DNA of 64,000 nucleotides from Eubacteriales bacterium (GCA_045592105.1 JAZNUB010000033.1:162-64161), one strand, 5' to 3'. Shown: positions 21,750-32,472, counted from the first letter of the stretch. Notes: generated by a model from the sequence alone, not told the origin. Translations and numbers: made by a program.

Positions 21750-22274
21750 TTAATAAGAAGAAGTGGAAGCTACTACTATTAGAATAAAATAAAAGAACAA
21801 AACAAGCAGCGAAACAGCCGACAATATAACACCAACTAACGCCTTGCCCTTGCTTTTGCCCGCTTTAGAGGACTGAAGGGTGCCGATTATACCGAGAATA
21901 AGGCCGGGTATTGCAAGGAAAAGGGAAAAAATATTGTAAATAGGTATCCAGCAGAAAACAACGGCGATTATGGAAAGTATCATAGATGCAATGCCTTTGC
22001 CATTGCCGGGGTTAGGTTCGTTTACAGGCTGAACGTATTGATATACAGGCTGTTGATACGTGGGTTGTTGATACGCAGGCTGCTGGTACGCGGGCTGCTG
22101 GTACGCGGGCTGCTGATACGCAGGCTGTTGGTACGCAGGTTGCTGCTGGGTGGGCTGCTGGTACGCGGGTTGAGACTCTTCTTTCTTGGGCTGGTTTGTT
22201 TGGATCGGGTTACCGCAATTGCCGCAAAAAGCAGCGTTTTCGTCACACGGGTTACCGCATATTGGACAATACAT
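21750..22274 (-). CDS. zinc-ribbon / Gln-Pro-repeat / DUF4190-like membrane protein
   Basis: MYCPICGNPCDENAAFCGNCGNP, then (QPAYQQ)x5, then two TM helices. Confidence 0.7.
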   Translation of the reverse strand: MYCPICGNPCDENAAFCGNCGNPIQTNQPKKEESQPAYQQPTQQQPAYQQPAYQQPAYQQPAYQQPAYQQPTYQQPVYQYVQPVNEPNPGNGKGIASMILSIIAVVFCWIPIYNIFSLFLAIPGLILGIIGTLQSSKAGKSKGKALVGVILSAVSLLVLFFYFILIVVASTSSY

Positions 22275-22405
22275 ATTATAATCCTCCTATAAGCTTTTAA
22301 TTATGCACATTATAACATAAAGCTTTTGAAATATCAAGTATTAATCGCCACAATAAAAATATGGAGCTGTGAAACTACAGCTCCAATTTATTGTTGGGGT
22401 GATTT

Positions 22406-23617
22406 TTACAGTACGAAGTGCGAAGCCAAAACCTCAACGCCGCTTTCCTCTATAAGCTTATCAAGCTCGGCATACGGCTTTTCCTCGGTTATAACGGCGT
22501 ACTCACCGCCGTCAAGCTCCGTAACGGTGCCAAGTGCCTTTGCCTTGCAAGCACAGCCCTTAACGCGAACGTATAGCTTAACGGGTGCTTCGTCCAGCGG
22601 AAGGGTAAAGCCCTCCTCCGCCTTTTCTCTGGGCGTTTCTGCAACGGGGCAACGGATAGCACAGATAATGTCCGCAACAACGGCGCTTGCCGTGGGCAGG
22701 CTGCCCGCACCGCGGCCGTAGAACACAAGCTCATCCACCATATTGCCCGTAACGGCTACCGCGTTGAACACGCCAACTGTGTCCGCAATAAGGGTGCCCT
22801 TTGCAACCAAGTGAGGCGCAACCATAAGGCTTGCCTTGTCCCCACACTTCTTGGCAACGCCAAGCAGCTTTATAGCGTAGCCCGCTTTGTCTGCGGCAGA
22901 AATATCCTCCGCCTTGATATCGGTTATGCCCTTGCAAAGTGCCGCCGCCTCGGTAGGGATATGCTTGCCGAAGGCGATACCGCCAAGTATGCATATTTTA
23001 CGCAACGCGTCCAAGCCCTCAACGTCCGCAGAAGGGTCACGCTCTGCATAGCCTCTATCCTGCGCGTCCTTTAGTGCGCTTTCGAAGGATGCGCCTTTTG
23101 TAAGCATTTCGGTAAGAATATAGTTGGTTGTGCCGTTTAGTATACCCGCAATGCGTGTAACCTTATTTGCCGTTAAGCAGTTTATAAGCGGGTTGATAAC
23201 AGGGATACCGCCGCCAACGCTTGCCTCGTACAGATAGCACACGCCGTTGTCCTTTGCGGCTTTAAGCAACACGTCCCCATATTTGGAAACAACCTCTTTA
23301 TTAGAGGTAACAACGCTTTTGCCTGCCTGCAAAGCCTTTAAAGAGAAGGTAAAAGCAGGCTCCGCCCCGCCCATAGTTTCAACAACAACGGAAACGCTTT
23401 TATCGTTAAGTATTTTATCGTAATCAGCAGTAACCTTATCGGCAAGGTCGTGCCCTTCAAAGCTGCGTTTATCCAAAACGTGAGCAACGTTTATAAGCGT
23501 GCTACCGTCCCCACCCAGCTTTTTAGAGATGGCGCAAGCGTTATTTTTAAGCACCTCGTATACGCCGCCGCCAACAACGCCCATACCGAGTATAGCAATA
23601 TTAAACATTTTATACAT
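22406..23617 (-). CDS. hom: homoserine dehydrogenase with C-terminal ACT domain
   Basis: NIAILGMGVVGGGV NAD-binding site. Conserved core EASVGGGIPVI. 403 aa. Confidence 0.9.
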   Translation of the reverse strand: MYKMFNIAILGMGVVGGGVYEVLKNNACAISKKLGGDGSTLINVAHVLDKRSFEGHDLADKVTADYDKILNDKSVSVVVETMGGAEPAFTFSLKALQAGKSVVTSNKEVVSKYGDVLLKAAKDNGVCYLYEASVGGGIPVINPLINCLTANKVTRIAGILNGTTNYILTEMLTKGASFESALKDAQDRGYAERDPSADVEGLDALRKICILGGIAFGKHIPTEAAALCKGITDIKAEDISAADKAGYAIKLLGVAKKCGDKASLMVAPHLVAKGTLIADTVGVFNAVAVTGNMVDELVFYGRGAGSLPTASAVVADIICAIRCPVAETPREKAEEGFTLPLDEAPVKLYVRVKGCACKAKALGTVTELDGGEYAVITEEKPYAELDKLIEESGVEVLASHFVL

Positions 23618-23752
23618 CCTCCATGCTTATTTATAACTATAATAACATAGTAAAAGCATCTTTGCAATAGTAAGTTTTTGATAAAAAGGGCGCGCGGGTA
23701 TTGATTTTTTACAGTAATTGGTATACAATATCAATTTAGAGAGGTATGTGCT

Positions 23753-26035
23753 ATGACAGAACTGCAAAAAACACCACAGGCTGTAATTGAATACTTAAAA
23801 GCCAAAGCGAAAGACGGTAGCGATTGGCTTGTTATTGCGCGTGCAGATCTTGGGCGTGACCTTTTCCCGAAGGACGTGTGGGTTCTGTTGACGAAAAGCC
23901 GTCTTTATATAGCGGAGGGCGTTGTTGCCGTAAGCCGCGCGGGCGGCTTTAGCAAGCAAAGCAGTACCTGCTTTAAGGAAAGCTTTTTTAAGGAATACGA
24001 TGTTAAAACGCTTAAGCGCTTCCGTATGGAGGAGCAGGTTTCCGGCGGTATGTTTACCTGCCTTTGCGATGATAAGCCGGAGCTGCTTTTTAACTACACG
24101 GGAAGCTGTAAGCATGACGTGCGCTTGCTGCGTGACGTGCTTAAGGAGCTTTGCGAGAACGACAAGTTTAACGAGGAGAAGCTTAAGGCGGATATAGGCG
24201 AGTTGCCGTATTGCCCCAAATGCGGGCGCAGGTATCCCGACCCGAAGCGCAAGGTTTGCCGCTTCTGTATGGATAGGAAGGGGCTAACCAAAAAGCTTGC
24301 GTACTTCTTCGTGCGGTACAAGGGCTACATAGCAATGATTATGCTTACCATAGCCATGATAACGGGCATTGGCTTGCTTGTGCCGCAGATATCCGCAAGG
24401 ATGTTTTATAACGACGTGCTTACCGTAGGCGGCAAGCATTACGGCAGGATATGGTACGTTGTGGGGCTTATCGTGGGCGTGCGCTTTATATCGCTTTTGG
24501 TGAACCTTATAAACTCCGTTATCTCCGCACGCGTTTCCACGCGGGTTATTTACGACCTTAAAAACACGATATACAAAGCTATATCAAGGCTTTCGTTAAG
24601 CTTTTTCTCCTCCCGCCAAACGGGCGGGCTTATGACCCAGATTAATAACGATGCCAACACCATATATTGGTTCTTTTGTGACGGGTTTCCGTACCTTGTA
24701 ACCAACCTTATACAGCTTGTGGGCGTTATGGTAATAATGCTGTTTACAAACCCCTTGCTAACGCTGTATACCTTTATAACGGTGCCAGTGTTCTTTTTGC
24801 TGTATAGGTCTGTGTTCGTGCTGTTTAAAAAGCTGCACGCAAAATCCTATTCCAAAAAGCGTTCTATGAACTCGCTTATATCGGATGTGCTTAACGGTAT
24901 GCGCGTGGTTAAATCCTTTGCAAGGGAGGATTTGGAGGTAAAGCGTTTTGATGCGCGCAGCCAAGCCACGGCGGATGCGGATACCGAGGTTAGCGTTACC
25001 GCAAGCCGCACCTTCCCGCTTTTGGGCTTCCTTTTGCAGGCAGGCTCGTTTGTGGTGTGGGCTGTTGGCGGCAGGCAGGTTATTGAAAGCCAAGGGGGTA
25101 TGAACTACGGTGACCTTATGGCGTTTGTTGCCTACGTTTCTATGGTGTACGCGCCGATAGATTTCTTTGCAGACGTTGCCAATTGGTGGACGGAGTGCCT
25201 TAACGCGCTTCAACGCTTATTTGAGATAAACGACGCCGTGCCCGACGTTGCAGAAAAGGAAGGCGCGCTGGTGCCGGACGTTATCAAGGGCGACGTGGAG
25301 TTTGACGGTGTTTATTTTGCCTACGAAGAGGGGCGCGACGTTATTAAGGACGTTAGCTTTAAGGTGCCGCACGGTACAACGCTTGGCATAGTTGGGCACA
25401 CAGGCGCAGGCAAAAGCACGCTTGCCAACCTTTTAACAAGGCTTTACGACCCTCAAAAGGGTACGGTGCGGATAGACGGGGTGGATTTAAAGGAGCTTTC
25501 CTTTAAGGCACTACGCGGAAATATTGCGATAGTATCGCAGGAAACCTACTTGTTCCGCGGCACTATAATGGAAAACATCAGATACGCGCGCCCCTCCGCT
25601 ACGGAGGAGGAGGTTATTGCCGCATCCAAGGCGGCATCCGCGCACGATTTTATTATTAAGTATCCGGATGGGTATCAAACTATGGTAGGGCTTGGCAACA
25701 AGGATTTGTCCGGCGGTGAGAAACAGCGTGTTTCCATAGCGCGCGCCTTGCTTACCAACCCGAAGATACTAATACTTGACGAGGCTACAGCCGCTATGGA
25801 TACCCAAACGGAGCGGCAGATACAAGCCGCGCTTAACAACGTAACCCGCGGTAGAACCACTATAATCATAGCGCACCGCCTATCCACGCTTAGGGATGCG
25901 GATAAGCTTATAGTTATAGAAAAGGGCGCGGTGGTTGAAAGCGGCACGGCAGAGGAGCTTTTGAAGGCGAAGGGCGTATACTTTAAGCTATACAAGCTTC
26001 AAGCAGAGGCTTTGAAAACCGTTGGTGTGGAATAG
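23753..26035 (+). CDS. ABC exporter half-transporter (TMD-NBD) with ~190-aa N-terminal extra domain ending in a zinc ribbon
   Basis: Walker A GHTGAGKST, signature LSGGEKQR, Walker B ILILDEAT. N-terminal CPKCGRRYPDPKRKVCRFCMDRKG. Confidence 0.9.
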   Translation: MTELQKTPQAVIEYLKAKAKDGSDWLVIARADLGRDLFPKDVWVLLTKSRLYIAEGVVAVSRAGGFSKQSSTCFKESFFKEYDVKTLKRFRMEEQVSGGMFTCLCDDKPELLFNYTGSCKHDVRLLRDVLKELCENDKFNEEKLKADIGELPYCPKCGRRYPDPKRKVCRFCMDRKGLTKKLAYFFVRYKGYIAMIMLTIAMITGIGLLVPQISARMFYNDVLTVGGKHYGRIWYVVGLIVGVRFISLLVNLINSVISARVSTRVIYDLKNTIYKAISRLSLSFFSSRQTGGLMTQINNDANTIYWFFCDGFPYLVTNLIQLVGVMVIMLFTNPLLTLYTFITVPVFFLLYRSVFVLFKKLHAKSYSKKRSMNSLISDVLNGMRVVKSFAREDLEVKRFDARSQATADADTEVSVTASRTFPLLGFLLQAGSFVVWAVGGRQVIESQGGMNYGDLMAFVAYVSMVYAPIDFFADVANWWTECLNALQRLFEINDAVPDVAEKEGALVPDVIKGDVEFDGVYFAYEEGRDVIKDVSFKVPHGTTLGIVGHTGAGKSTLANLLTRLYDPQKGTVRIDGVDLKELSFKALRGNIAIVSQETYLFRGTIMENIRYARPSATEEEVIAASKAASAHDFIIKYPDGYQTMVGLGNKDLSGGEKQRVSIARALLTNPKILILDEATAAMDTQTERQIQAALNNVTRGRTTIIIAHRLSTLRDADKLIVIEKGAVVESGTAEELLKAKGVYFKLYKLQAEALKTVGVE

Positions 26036-26047
26036 GAGGAAAAAACA

Positions 26048-26629
26048 ATGGCACAATCGTTTACAGAGCTTGTTGATATTATATATTTCACGCCCGAAAA
26101 CGCAAAGCTTTACGAAACGGAAAACGGCTTTGCGGCACTTAACGCGTTTATCCCACCCGTTAATAAGGACGATCTTGCAATAGAGGCAAAGGACGCGGAG
26201 CAGGGCAACAAACAGCCTGTTTGGCAGGACCTTGGCAGGGTTTTGTTCCATCGCGCGTTCCCGTTTGAGAAGCCTAACGAATTTATCTCCGTTCAGGACG
26301 AGGACGGTAAGGAGTACGGCATTATCCGCAACCTTGCGGATTTTGACGGTAAGGGTAGGGAGATAGTTGAAAAGGCGCTTAACCGCAAGTATTTCTGCCC
26401 TGAGATAAAGCGCATACGCAAGCTGCAGGAGCAGTTTGGCTATTCCCTGTGGGAGGTGGACACAAGCGTTGGCGCTATGGAGCTTGTGCTTAAGGACACC
26501 TTCGGCAGTATAATAAGGATAAGCGATACGTATTTGATAATAAACGATATAAGCGGTAACCGCTACGTTATACCGGACGTTTCGGCTTTGGACAGAAAAA
26601 GCTACAGGAAGATAGAGCTGTATTTGTAA
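26048..26629 (+). CDS. DUF1854-family protein (ABC-transporter-associated)
   Basis: 193 aa. FHRAFPF...ISVQDEDGKEYGII...FCPEIKRI...WEVDT...GNRYVIPD...LDRKS. Family assigned from memory. Confidence 0.7.
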   Translation: MAQSFTELVDIIYFTPENAKLYETENGFAALNAFIPPVNKDDLAIEAKDAEQGNKQPVWQDLGRVLFHRAFPFEKPNEFISVQDEDGKEYGIIRNLADFDGKGREIVEKALNRKYFCPEIKRIRKLQEQFGYSLWEVDTSVGAMELVLKDTFGSIIRISDTYLIINDISGNRYVIPDVSALDRKSYRKIELYL

Positions 26630-26653
26630 GTTAAATTAAAAGGAAAAAACAGT

Positions 26654-28888
26654 ATGGGCAACCCTTTTTCCAAACGCAAAAGAAAAAACGTGATATCGCC
26701 ACAGCGCCAAGCCGTGCGGCAAAGCCTTAAGGCTTTAGCGCCGCAGGGTGAAAGACCTGTGTCCATATCGGAATATAACCTAAGCTTTGACAACAAGCCC
26801 ATAAACGGCGCGCTTGCGTTAACTATGGACACGGTTTATCTTTTTGATGACTTGCAGGGCGCAAGAAAGCTTGCGGTAAGCGAGCTTAAGGATATTAAAA
26901 CCGTGCAGTACGTTGGCTGTATAGCCGTGGAGTACGGAGAGGGCGCGGGCAAGGCAGAGCTTTGCCGCAGTGATATGCACAACGCGGAAAATCTGCGCCG
27001 TTTCGTTAAACGCGCCTTGGCTATACAAGAGGGCAGGGTGTTTGATAAATCCGTGCCCGAAAAGCAAACGCGTTGCCCCAAGTGCGGCAAGCCCTTTAGA
27101 CCGGGCAGCAGCAAGTGCGATATGTGTACGGACAAAAAGGGGCTGTACCGCAGGCTTTTAAAATACGTTAAGCCCTATGCGCTTCCGTTGGGGATAGCGG
27201 TGTTCCTTTATTTTGCAAACAGCCTTATCAGGCTTGTAGAGCCTGAGCTTCAAAAGCGATTGGTGGATGAATGTATAAACGCGGGGCTTCCCTTTTCCGA
27301 GGTTAGCACAAAGTTTTATTCTCTTATCGCGGCTATGATTCTTTGCGGGCTAACGGTTGTGGGCGTAAGGGTTGTACGCAGTATTATAATGGTAACGGTT
27401 GGTAACAAGGTTGCCGTTAAGCTTAGAGAGCTTGTGTTCAGCAGTATACCCAAGATGTCGCTTGGTGATGTGCATCGCCGTACCGCGGGTGAGCTTATTA
27501 CGAGGATAACCTCCGATACGCAGGTTTTAAAGGAGTTTTTAACAAACCTTGTGCCGGAGCTGTTTCAGTTTGGGTCGCTGATAATTGCGGTGCTTGGCAT
27601 ACTGTTCTTTATGAACTGGCGGCTTGCCGTGTTTATTGTTATACCGATACCGCTTTTGCTTGTTGTTTTCAGGATGAGCAGGCGATATATGCACAAGATA
27701 TACCACCAGCAATGGCACGCTAACAGCGATGTAAACACCGTACTGCACGATGTATTTTCCGGAATCCGCGTAGTTAAGGTTTTCGGTATGGAGCAGGTAG
27801 AAGTGGAGCGTTTTGACAAAGCCGTTAAGAAGGAGGCGGATATAGCCTTTCGTAACGAGGTGCTTTGGCAACTTCTTATGCCCACGGTAAACTTCTTTAT
27901 GCGTATTGGTGAGTACGCCGTGCTTATCATTGCGGGCAACCTTGTAATAGAGGGCGGCTTAACCGTTGGCGCGGTACAACAGCTAATAACCTACACGGGT
28001 ATGGTGTACGAGCCGTTGCGCTGGCTGGCAATGGTGCCGCGTAGGCTAACGCGCACGGCAACCTCTATGGCGAAGGTGTTTGAGATAGTGGACGAGGAGG
28101 TTGGCGTTAAAGAGGCAGAGCAGCCCGTTGAAAAGGAAATCAACGGCAACATAAACCTAAAAAACGCGTTCTTCGGCTACAACAATTTGGAATACGTACT
28201 TAAAGATGTAAACCTTGATATTAAAAAGGGCGAGATGATAGGCATTGTAGGGCGAAGCGGCGTTGGCAAAAGCACGCTGATAAACCTTGTAATGCGTTTA
28301 TATGATTTGGACGAGGGCATGCTGGAGATAGACGGCGTGCCGATAGGCGATTACAGCCAGCATTGCTTGCGCTCGCAGATAGGCGTGGTATTGCAGGAAA
28401 GCTTTTTGTTTAAGGGTACGGTGGCGGCAAATATCTCCTACGGTATGCCCAACGCCGATTATGACGAGATAATCCGTGCGGCAAAGGCAGGCGGCGCGCA
28501 CGAGTTTATTATGCGTACACCCGATGGGTATAACACTATGGTTAGCGAACGCGGGCAAAGCCTGTCCGGTGGGGAACGCCAGCGCGTACAGATAGCGCGC
28601 GCGGTGCTGCGCAACCCAAGGATATTGATATTGGACGAGGCCACGGCTTCGCTTGACACGGAAACCGAAAAGCAGATACAGGATAGCATAGCCGCACTAA
28701 CCAAGGAGCGCACCACGCTTGCAATAGCGCACAGGCTATCAACGCTTCGCAACGCAACGCGTATAGTGGTGCTTGAGAAGGGGCGCATAGAGGAGATAGG
28801 CACGCACGAGGAGCTTATGAAAGCGCGCGGCAGGTATTTTAAGCTTGTTATGGCACAGCGCGGTATCTCTAAGATGAGGCACCAATAG
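26654..28888 (+). CDS. ABC exporter half-transporter (TMD-NBD) with a paralogous N-terminal extra domain plus zinc ribbon
   Basis: GRSGVGKST, LSGGERQR, ILILDEAT. N-terminal CPKCGKPFRPGSSKCDMCTDKKG. Confidence 0.9.
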   Translation: MGNPFSKRKRKNVISPQRQAVRQSLKALAPQGERPVSISEYNLSFDNKPINGALALTMDTVYLFDDLQGARKLAVSELKDIKTVQYVGCIAVEYGEGAGKAELCRSDMHNAENLRRFVKRALAIQEGRVFDKSVPEKQTRCPKCGKPFRPGSSKCDMCTDKKGLYRRLLKYVKPYALPLGIAVFLYFANSLIRLVEPELQKRLVDECINAGLPFSEVSTKFYSLIAAMILCGLTVVGVRVVRSIIMVTVGNKVAVKLRELVFSSIPKMSLGDVHRRTAGELITRITSDTQVLKEFLTNLVPELFQFGSLIIAVLGILFFMNWRLAVFIVIPIPLLLVVFRMSRRYMHKIYHQQWHANSDVNTVLHDVFSGIRVVKVFGMEQVEVERFDKAVKKEADIAFRNEVLWQLLMPTVNFFMRIGEYAVLIIAGNLVIEGGLTVGAVQQLITYTGMVYEPLRWLAMVPRRLTRTATSMAKVFEIVDEEVGVKEAEQPVEKEINGNINLKNAFFGYNNLEYVLKDVNLDIKKGEMIGIVGRSGVGKSTLINLVMRLYDLDEGMLEIDGVPIGDYSQHCLRSQIGVVLQESFLFKGTVAANISYGMPNADYDEIIRAAKAGGAHEFIMRTPDGYNTMVSERGQSLSGGERQRVQIARAVLRNPRILILDEATASLDTETEKQIQDSIAALTKERTTLAIAHRLSTLRNATRIVVLEKGRIEEIGTHEELMKARGRYFKLVMAQRGISKMRHQ

Positions 28889-28910
28889 CTGAAAGGAAGG
28901 TATTGGCAAT

Positions 28911-29870
28911 ATGAAGATAACAGTAATAGGCTGTGGAAGATGGGGTTCTTTTATCGCCTACTATCTTAATTTGATAGGCAACGACGTAACCATAGGCGCA
29001 CAGCCGAACGATGAAGCGGCTAAAGAGTTTGCAAAAAGCCGTTTTAACGGCACGCTTACAATGCCTGAAACGGTGCCGTTTGTGTTTAACGTGGGGGAAT
29101 CCGTTAAAGAGGCGGAGGCGGTTGTGTTCTCCGTGCCTTCACAGAGTCTGCGCGGCTTGCTAACGGAGCTTGGCGAGAGCGCTATGGCAGGCAAGGACAT
29201 CATACTGTGTATGAAGGGCTTGGAGATAGAAACGGGCAAGCGATTAACGCAGGTGGTGGAGGACGTGCTTCCCAACAACCGCGTGGCTGTTTGGGTAGGC
29301 CCCGGCCACCCGCAGGAGTTTGCGGACGGTAAGCCCAACTGTATGGTTATAGACAGCGCGCATCCCGAGCTTACAAAAAGCTTGGTTGATAGCTTTACAA
29401 GCGAGCTTATCAGGTTTTACTACGGTAACGACCTTATCGGTAACGAGATAGGCGCGGCAACCAAAAACGTTATAGGCATAGCCGCAGGGCTTTTGGACGG
29501 TGTGGGCATCCCCTCGCTAAAGGGCGCGCTTATGACGCGAGGCACAAGAGAGATAGCGCGGCTTATAGAGGCGTTGGGCGGCAACGGGCTTTCTGCCTAC
29601 GGGCTTTGCCATCTTGGGGATTATGAGGCAACGGTTTTCTCCAAGTTTAGCCACAACCGCCATTTTGGCGAAAGCTTTGCCAAGGGCGAAAGCTACACCT
29701 TGCTTGCAGAGGGTGCGTATACCGTTAAGGCGGTAATGCGTATGAAGCAGCAGGCGGGCGTGGAGCTTCCTATATGCACCGCGGTTTACGATATAATCCA
29801 CGGCGGCGCAGACCCTAAGGAAACTCTAAACAGCCTGTTTTCCCGCACCATAAAGAAGGAATTTGAATAA
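28911..29870 (+). CDS. NAD(P)H-dependent glycerol-3-phosphate dehydrogenase family protein (divergent GpsA-like)
   Basis: MKITVIGCGRWGS Rossmann start. KGLE, GPGHPQEF and NRHFG correspond to the GpsA motifs KGIE, GPSHAEEV and NRRLG. Confidence 0.7.
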   Translation: MKITVIGCGRWGSFIAYYLNLIGNDVTIGAQPNDEAAKEFAKSRFNGTLTMPETVPFVFNVGESVKEAEAVVFSVPSQSLRGLLTELGESAMAGKDIILCMKGLEIETGKRLTQVVEDVLPNNRVAVWVGPGHPQEFADGKPNCMVIDSAHPELTKSLVDSFTSELIRFYYGNDLIGNEIGAATKNVIGIAAGLLDGVGIPSLKGALMTRGTREIARLIEALGGNGLSAYGLCHLGDYEATVFSKFSHNRHFGESFAKGESYTLLAEGAYTVKAVMRMKQQAGVELPICTAVYDIIHGGADPKETLNSLFSRTIKKEFE

Positions 29871-29895
29871 AATAACATAAAAAAGAGGTAGTTTT

Positions 29896-31299
29896 ATGAT
29901 GAAGAACACCGAAAAGACAATGGAAAAAATCGTAGCGCATTGCAAAAACCGCGGCTTCGTATACAGCGGTAGCGAAATCTACGGCGGCCTTGCAAACGCG
30001 TGGGACTACGGCCCTCTTGGCGTTGAGATGAAGAACAACCTTAAAAGGGCGTGGTGGAAGAAGTTTGTGCAGGAACGCTCTGAAAACGTTGGGCTTGACA
30101 GTGCTATTCTTATGAACCCCAAGGTATGGGTAGCATCCGGCCACGTTGGCGGCTTTTCTGACCCGCTTATGGATTGCCGTGGCTGTAAAATGCGCCACAG
30201 AGCAGACAAGCTTATCGAGGATTACGCCGCACAAACGGGCGAAAGCGTAAACCCCGGCGCTATGAGCTTTGATGAAATGGCTCAGTTTATCAAGGATAAG
30301 GGCATCACCTGCCCGCATTGCGGCAAGGCTGATTTTACCGATATAAAGAAGTTTAACCTTATGTTTAAAACCTTCCAGGGCGTAACTGAGGACAGCGCGG
30401 CAGAGCTTTATCTCCGCCCCGAAACAGCGCAGGGTATATTTGTAAACTTCAAAAACATCCAGCGCACCACAAGAAAAAAGCTGCCCTTTGGTGTTTGTCA
30501 GGTTGGTAAGTCCTTCCGTAACGAGATAACCCCCGGTAACTTTATCTTCCGTATCCGCGAGTTTGAGCAGATGGAGATGGAATTCTTCTGCAAGCCCGGT
30601 ACCGACCTTGAGTGGTTCGCTTTTTGGAAGGATTATTGCGCGCAGTTCCTTTACAGCCTCGGTATGCAGGCTGAAAACCTTAAGCTTCGTGACCACGACC
30701 CCGAGGAGCTTTGCTTCTACTCCAAGGCAACAACAGACTTTGAGTATCTGTTCCCCTTCGGCTGGGGCGAGCTTTGGGGCATAGCAGACCGTACCGATTA
30801 CGACCTTAAACAGCACACCGAGCATAGCGGCGAAAGCCTTGAGTATTTCGACCCCGAAACCAACGAAAAGTATATCCCCTACGTTATAGAGCCTTCTCTT
30901 GGTGCGGACAGAGTTATGCTTGCCTTCCTTGTAGAGTCCTATGACGAAGAGGATATCGGCACGGCTGAAAAGCCCGACGTTAGAACGGTTATGCATTTGC
31001 ATCCCGCAATTGCACCCTTCAAGGCGGCAATTCTTCCGCTTTCCAAAAAGCTTTCTGATAAGGCTATGGAAGTTTACAACCGGCTTTCCAAGGACTTTCT
31101 TGTTGATTTTGATGATACAGGCTCTATCGGCAAGCGTTACAGACGTGAGGACGAGATTGGTACACCCTTCTGCATCACTTACGACTTTGACAGCGAAGAG
31201 GACGGTTGCGTAACCGTGCGTGACCGTGACACTATGCAGCAGGTTCGTATGCCTATAAGCGAGCTTAATGCGTATATCGCAAAGTCACTTCAATTTTAA
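29896..31299 (+). CDS. glyQS: glycine--tRNA ligase (alpha2 type)
   Basis: [26 protein letters not shown] and [25 protein letters not shown]. 467 aa. Confidence 0.95.
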   Translation: MMKNTEKTMEKIVAHCKNRGFVYSGSEIYGGLANAWDYGPLGVEMKNNLKRAWWKKFVQERSENVGLDSAILMNPKVWVASGHVGGFSDPLMDCRGCKMRHRADKLIEDYAAQTGESVNPGAMSFDEMAQFIKDKGITCPHCGKADFTDIKKFNLMFKTFQGVTEDSAAELYLRPETAQGIFVNFKNIQRTTRKKLPFGVCQVGKSFRNEITPGNFIFRIREFEQMEMEFFCKPGTDLEWFAFWKDYCAQFLYSLGMQAENLKLRDHDPEELCFYSKATTDFEYLFPFGWGELWGIADRTDYDLKQHTEHSGESLEYFDPETNEKYIPYVIEPSLGADRVMLAFLVESYDEEDIGTAEKPDVRTVMHLHPAIAPFKAAILPLSKKLSDKAMEVYNRLSKDFLVDFDDTGSIGKRYRREDEIGTPFCITYDFDSEEDGCVTVRDRDTMQQVRMPISELNAYIAKSLQF

Positions 31300-31311
31300 T
31301 ATAAACAAAAT

Positions 31312-31352
31312 GTGCTGTATCAAATCGAATGGTTTGATACAGCACCTTTTTT
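31312..31352. terminator. rho-independent terminator between convergent genes
   Basis: GTGCTGTATCAAA / TTTGATACAGCAC stem followed by CTTTTTT. Confidence 0.65.
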
Positions 31353-32430
31353 AGGCTTCTGCTTTCTTTCCTGCAATAATATTGCGTGCGATAAGCACTG
31401 CAAAGGGGAACAACAGCATCCCCACGATGCCGAAAAGCTTAAGCCCTGCAAACATTGTAACCATCGTTGCCAATGGGTGTAGCCCGATATAGCCGCCAAC
31501 TATTTTAGGCTCTATAATCTGGCGCAGGATGGTTATAACGATATAGGCTATAATAAGCCCCGCGCCAAGATAAAAATTGCGCGTTATAAACAGGCATACA
31601 AGCCCCCACGGTATCAAGATAGTGCCCGTTCCCAGCACGGGCAAAATGTCCACAACCGCGATAACCACGGCAAGAAGCAAAGCATACTCCAAGCGCAACA
31701 CGGTAAACGCCGCAAACAGCTCTGTAAAGGTTATCAGGATGATAATGCCGTACGCTTTAAGGTACTTGCCCAAAGCGCCAAACACCTCCACACGCGCACT
31801 GCGTAAATATTTGGCGGCACTTTGCGGGCAAAGCTTGTAAAAAAAGGCGGAAACACGCGCACGGTCTACCGTCATATAGTAGCAGGAAACAACGGTTATA
31901 ACGAAGGTAAGCAAAAAATCAAGTATGCCCGTAAACAGCCCAGTTGCCATGGAAAGCGTGCCTTTAACGCTTGGTAGGCTATCGGTTATAAGCGTTTGCA
32001 ATCGCTCGCCCGCGCTTTGCCAAAGCTTTTCGCCGTTCACAAAGGGTATGCGCTTGAAAAACGCAAGAAGCTGTTGTTTAAACGGCTGTAGCTCCTCTGC
32101 GGAAAGCGAGGAGAGATAAGTGCTAAGCCGCCCTATCTCCAGCGCGGCTCTGTGTATAACGATATAGGCAAGCCCAAACACCACCGCCACAGCCGCCGTT
32201 ACCAGCAAAAATGCGCCCACCCCCTTGGGCAGCCCAAGCTTGCGCTTTAGATAGTGCATTATAGGGTTAAGCACAAACGATAGCGCATAGGCTATGGCAA
32301 AGGGATAAAGCGCGGGCAACAGATAGCGCAGCACAAGCCTTAGCCCCAAAAACGCCACGGCGATTATAAGGCTGTAATACAGCACGTTGATAATTGTGCT
32401 TTTCTTTTCCTCCAAGCTGGGCGTTTGCAT
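31351..32430 (-). CDS. AI-2E family transporter (YtvI-like integral membrane protein)
   Basis: 359 aa, about 8 TM helices. Conserved C-terminal ILPVLGTGTILIPW...EPKIVG. Confidence 0.75.
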   Translation of the reverse strand: MQTPSLEEKKSTIINVLYYSLIIAVAFLGLRLVLRYLLPALYPFAIAYALSFVLNPIMHYLKRKLGLPKGVGAFLLVTAAVAVVFGLAYIVIHRAALEIGRLSTYLSSLSAEELQPFKQQLLAFFKRIPFVNGEKLWQSAGERLQTLITDSLPSVKGTLSMATGLFTGILDFLLTFVITVVSCYYMTVDRARVSAFFYKLCPQSAAKYLRSARVEVFGALGKYLKAYGIIILITFTELFAAFTVLRLEYALLLAVVIAVVDILPVLGTGTILIPWGLVCLFITRNFYLGAGLIIAYIVITILRQIIEPKIVGGYIGLHPLATMVTMFAGLKLFGIVGMLLFPFAVLIARNIIAGKKAEA

Positions 32431-32472
32431 AACAAAAAACCTCCTAAAACCGCTTTTTTGTAAATTTGGGTA

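Noticed and set aside
29871-29895. An expected T-box leader upstream of glyQS.
   Set aside because: Only 25 nt separate glyQS from the upstream GpsA-like gene, so there is no room for a T-box. glyQS appears to be co-transcribed.
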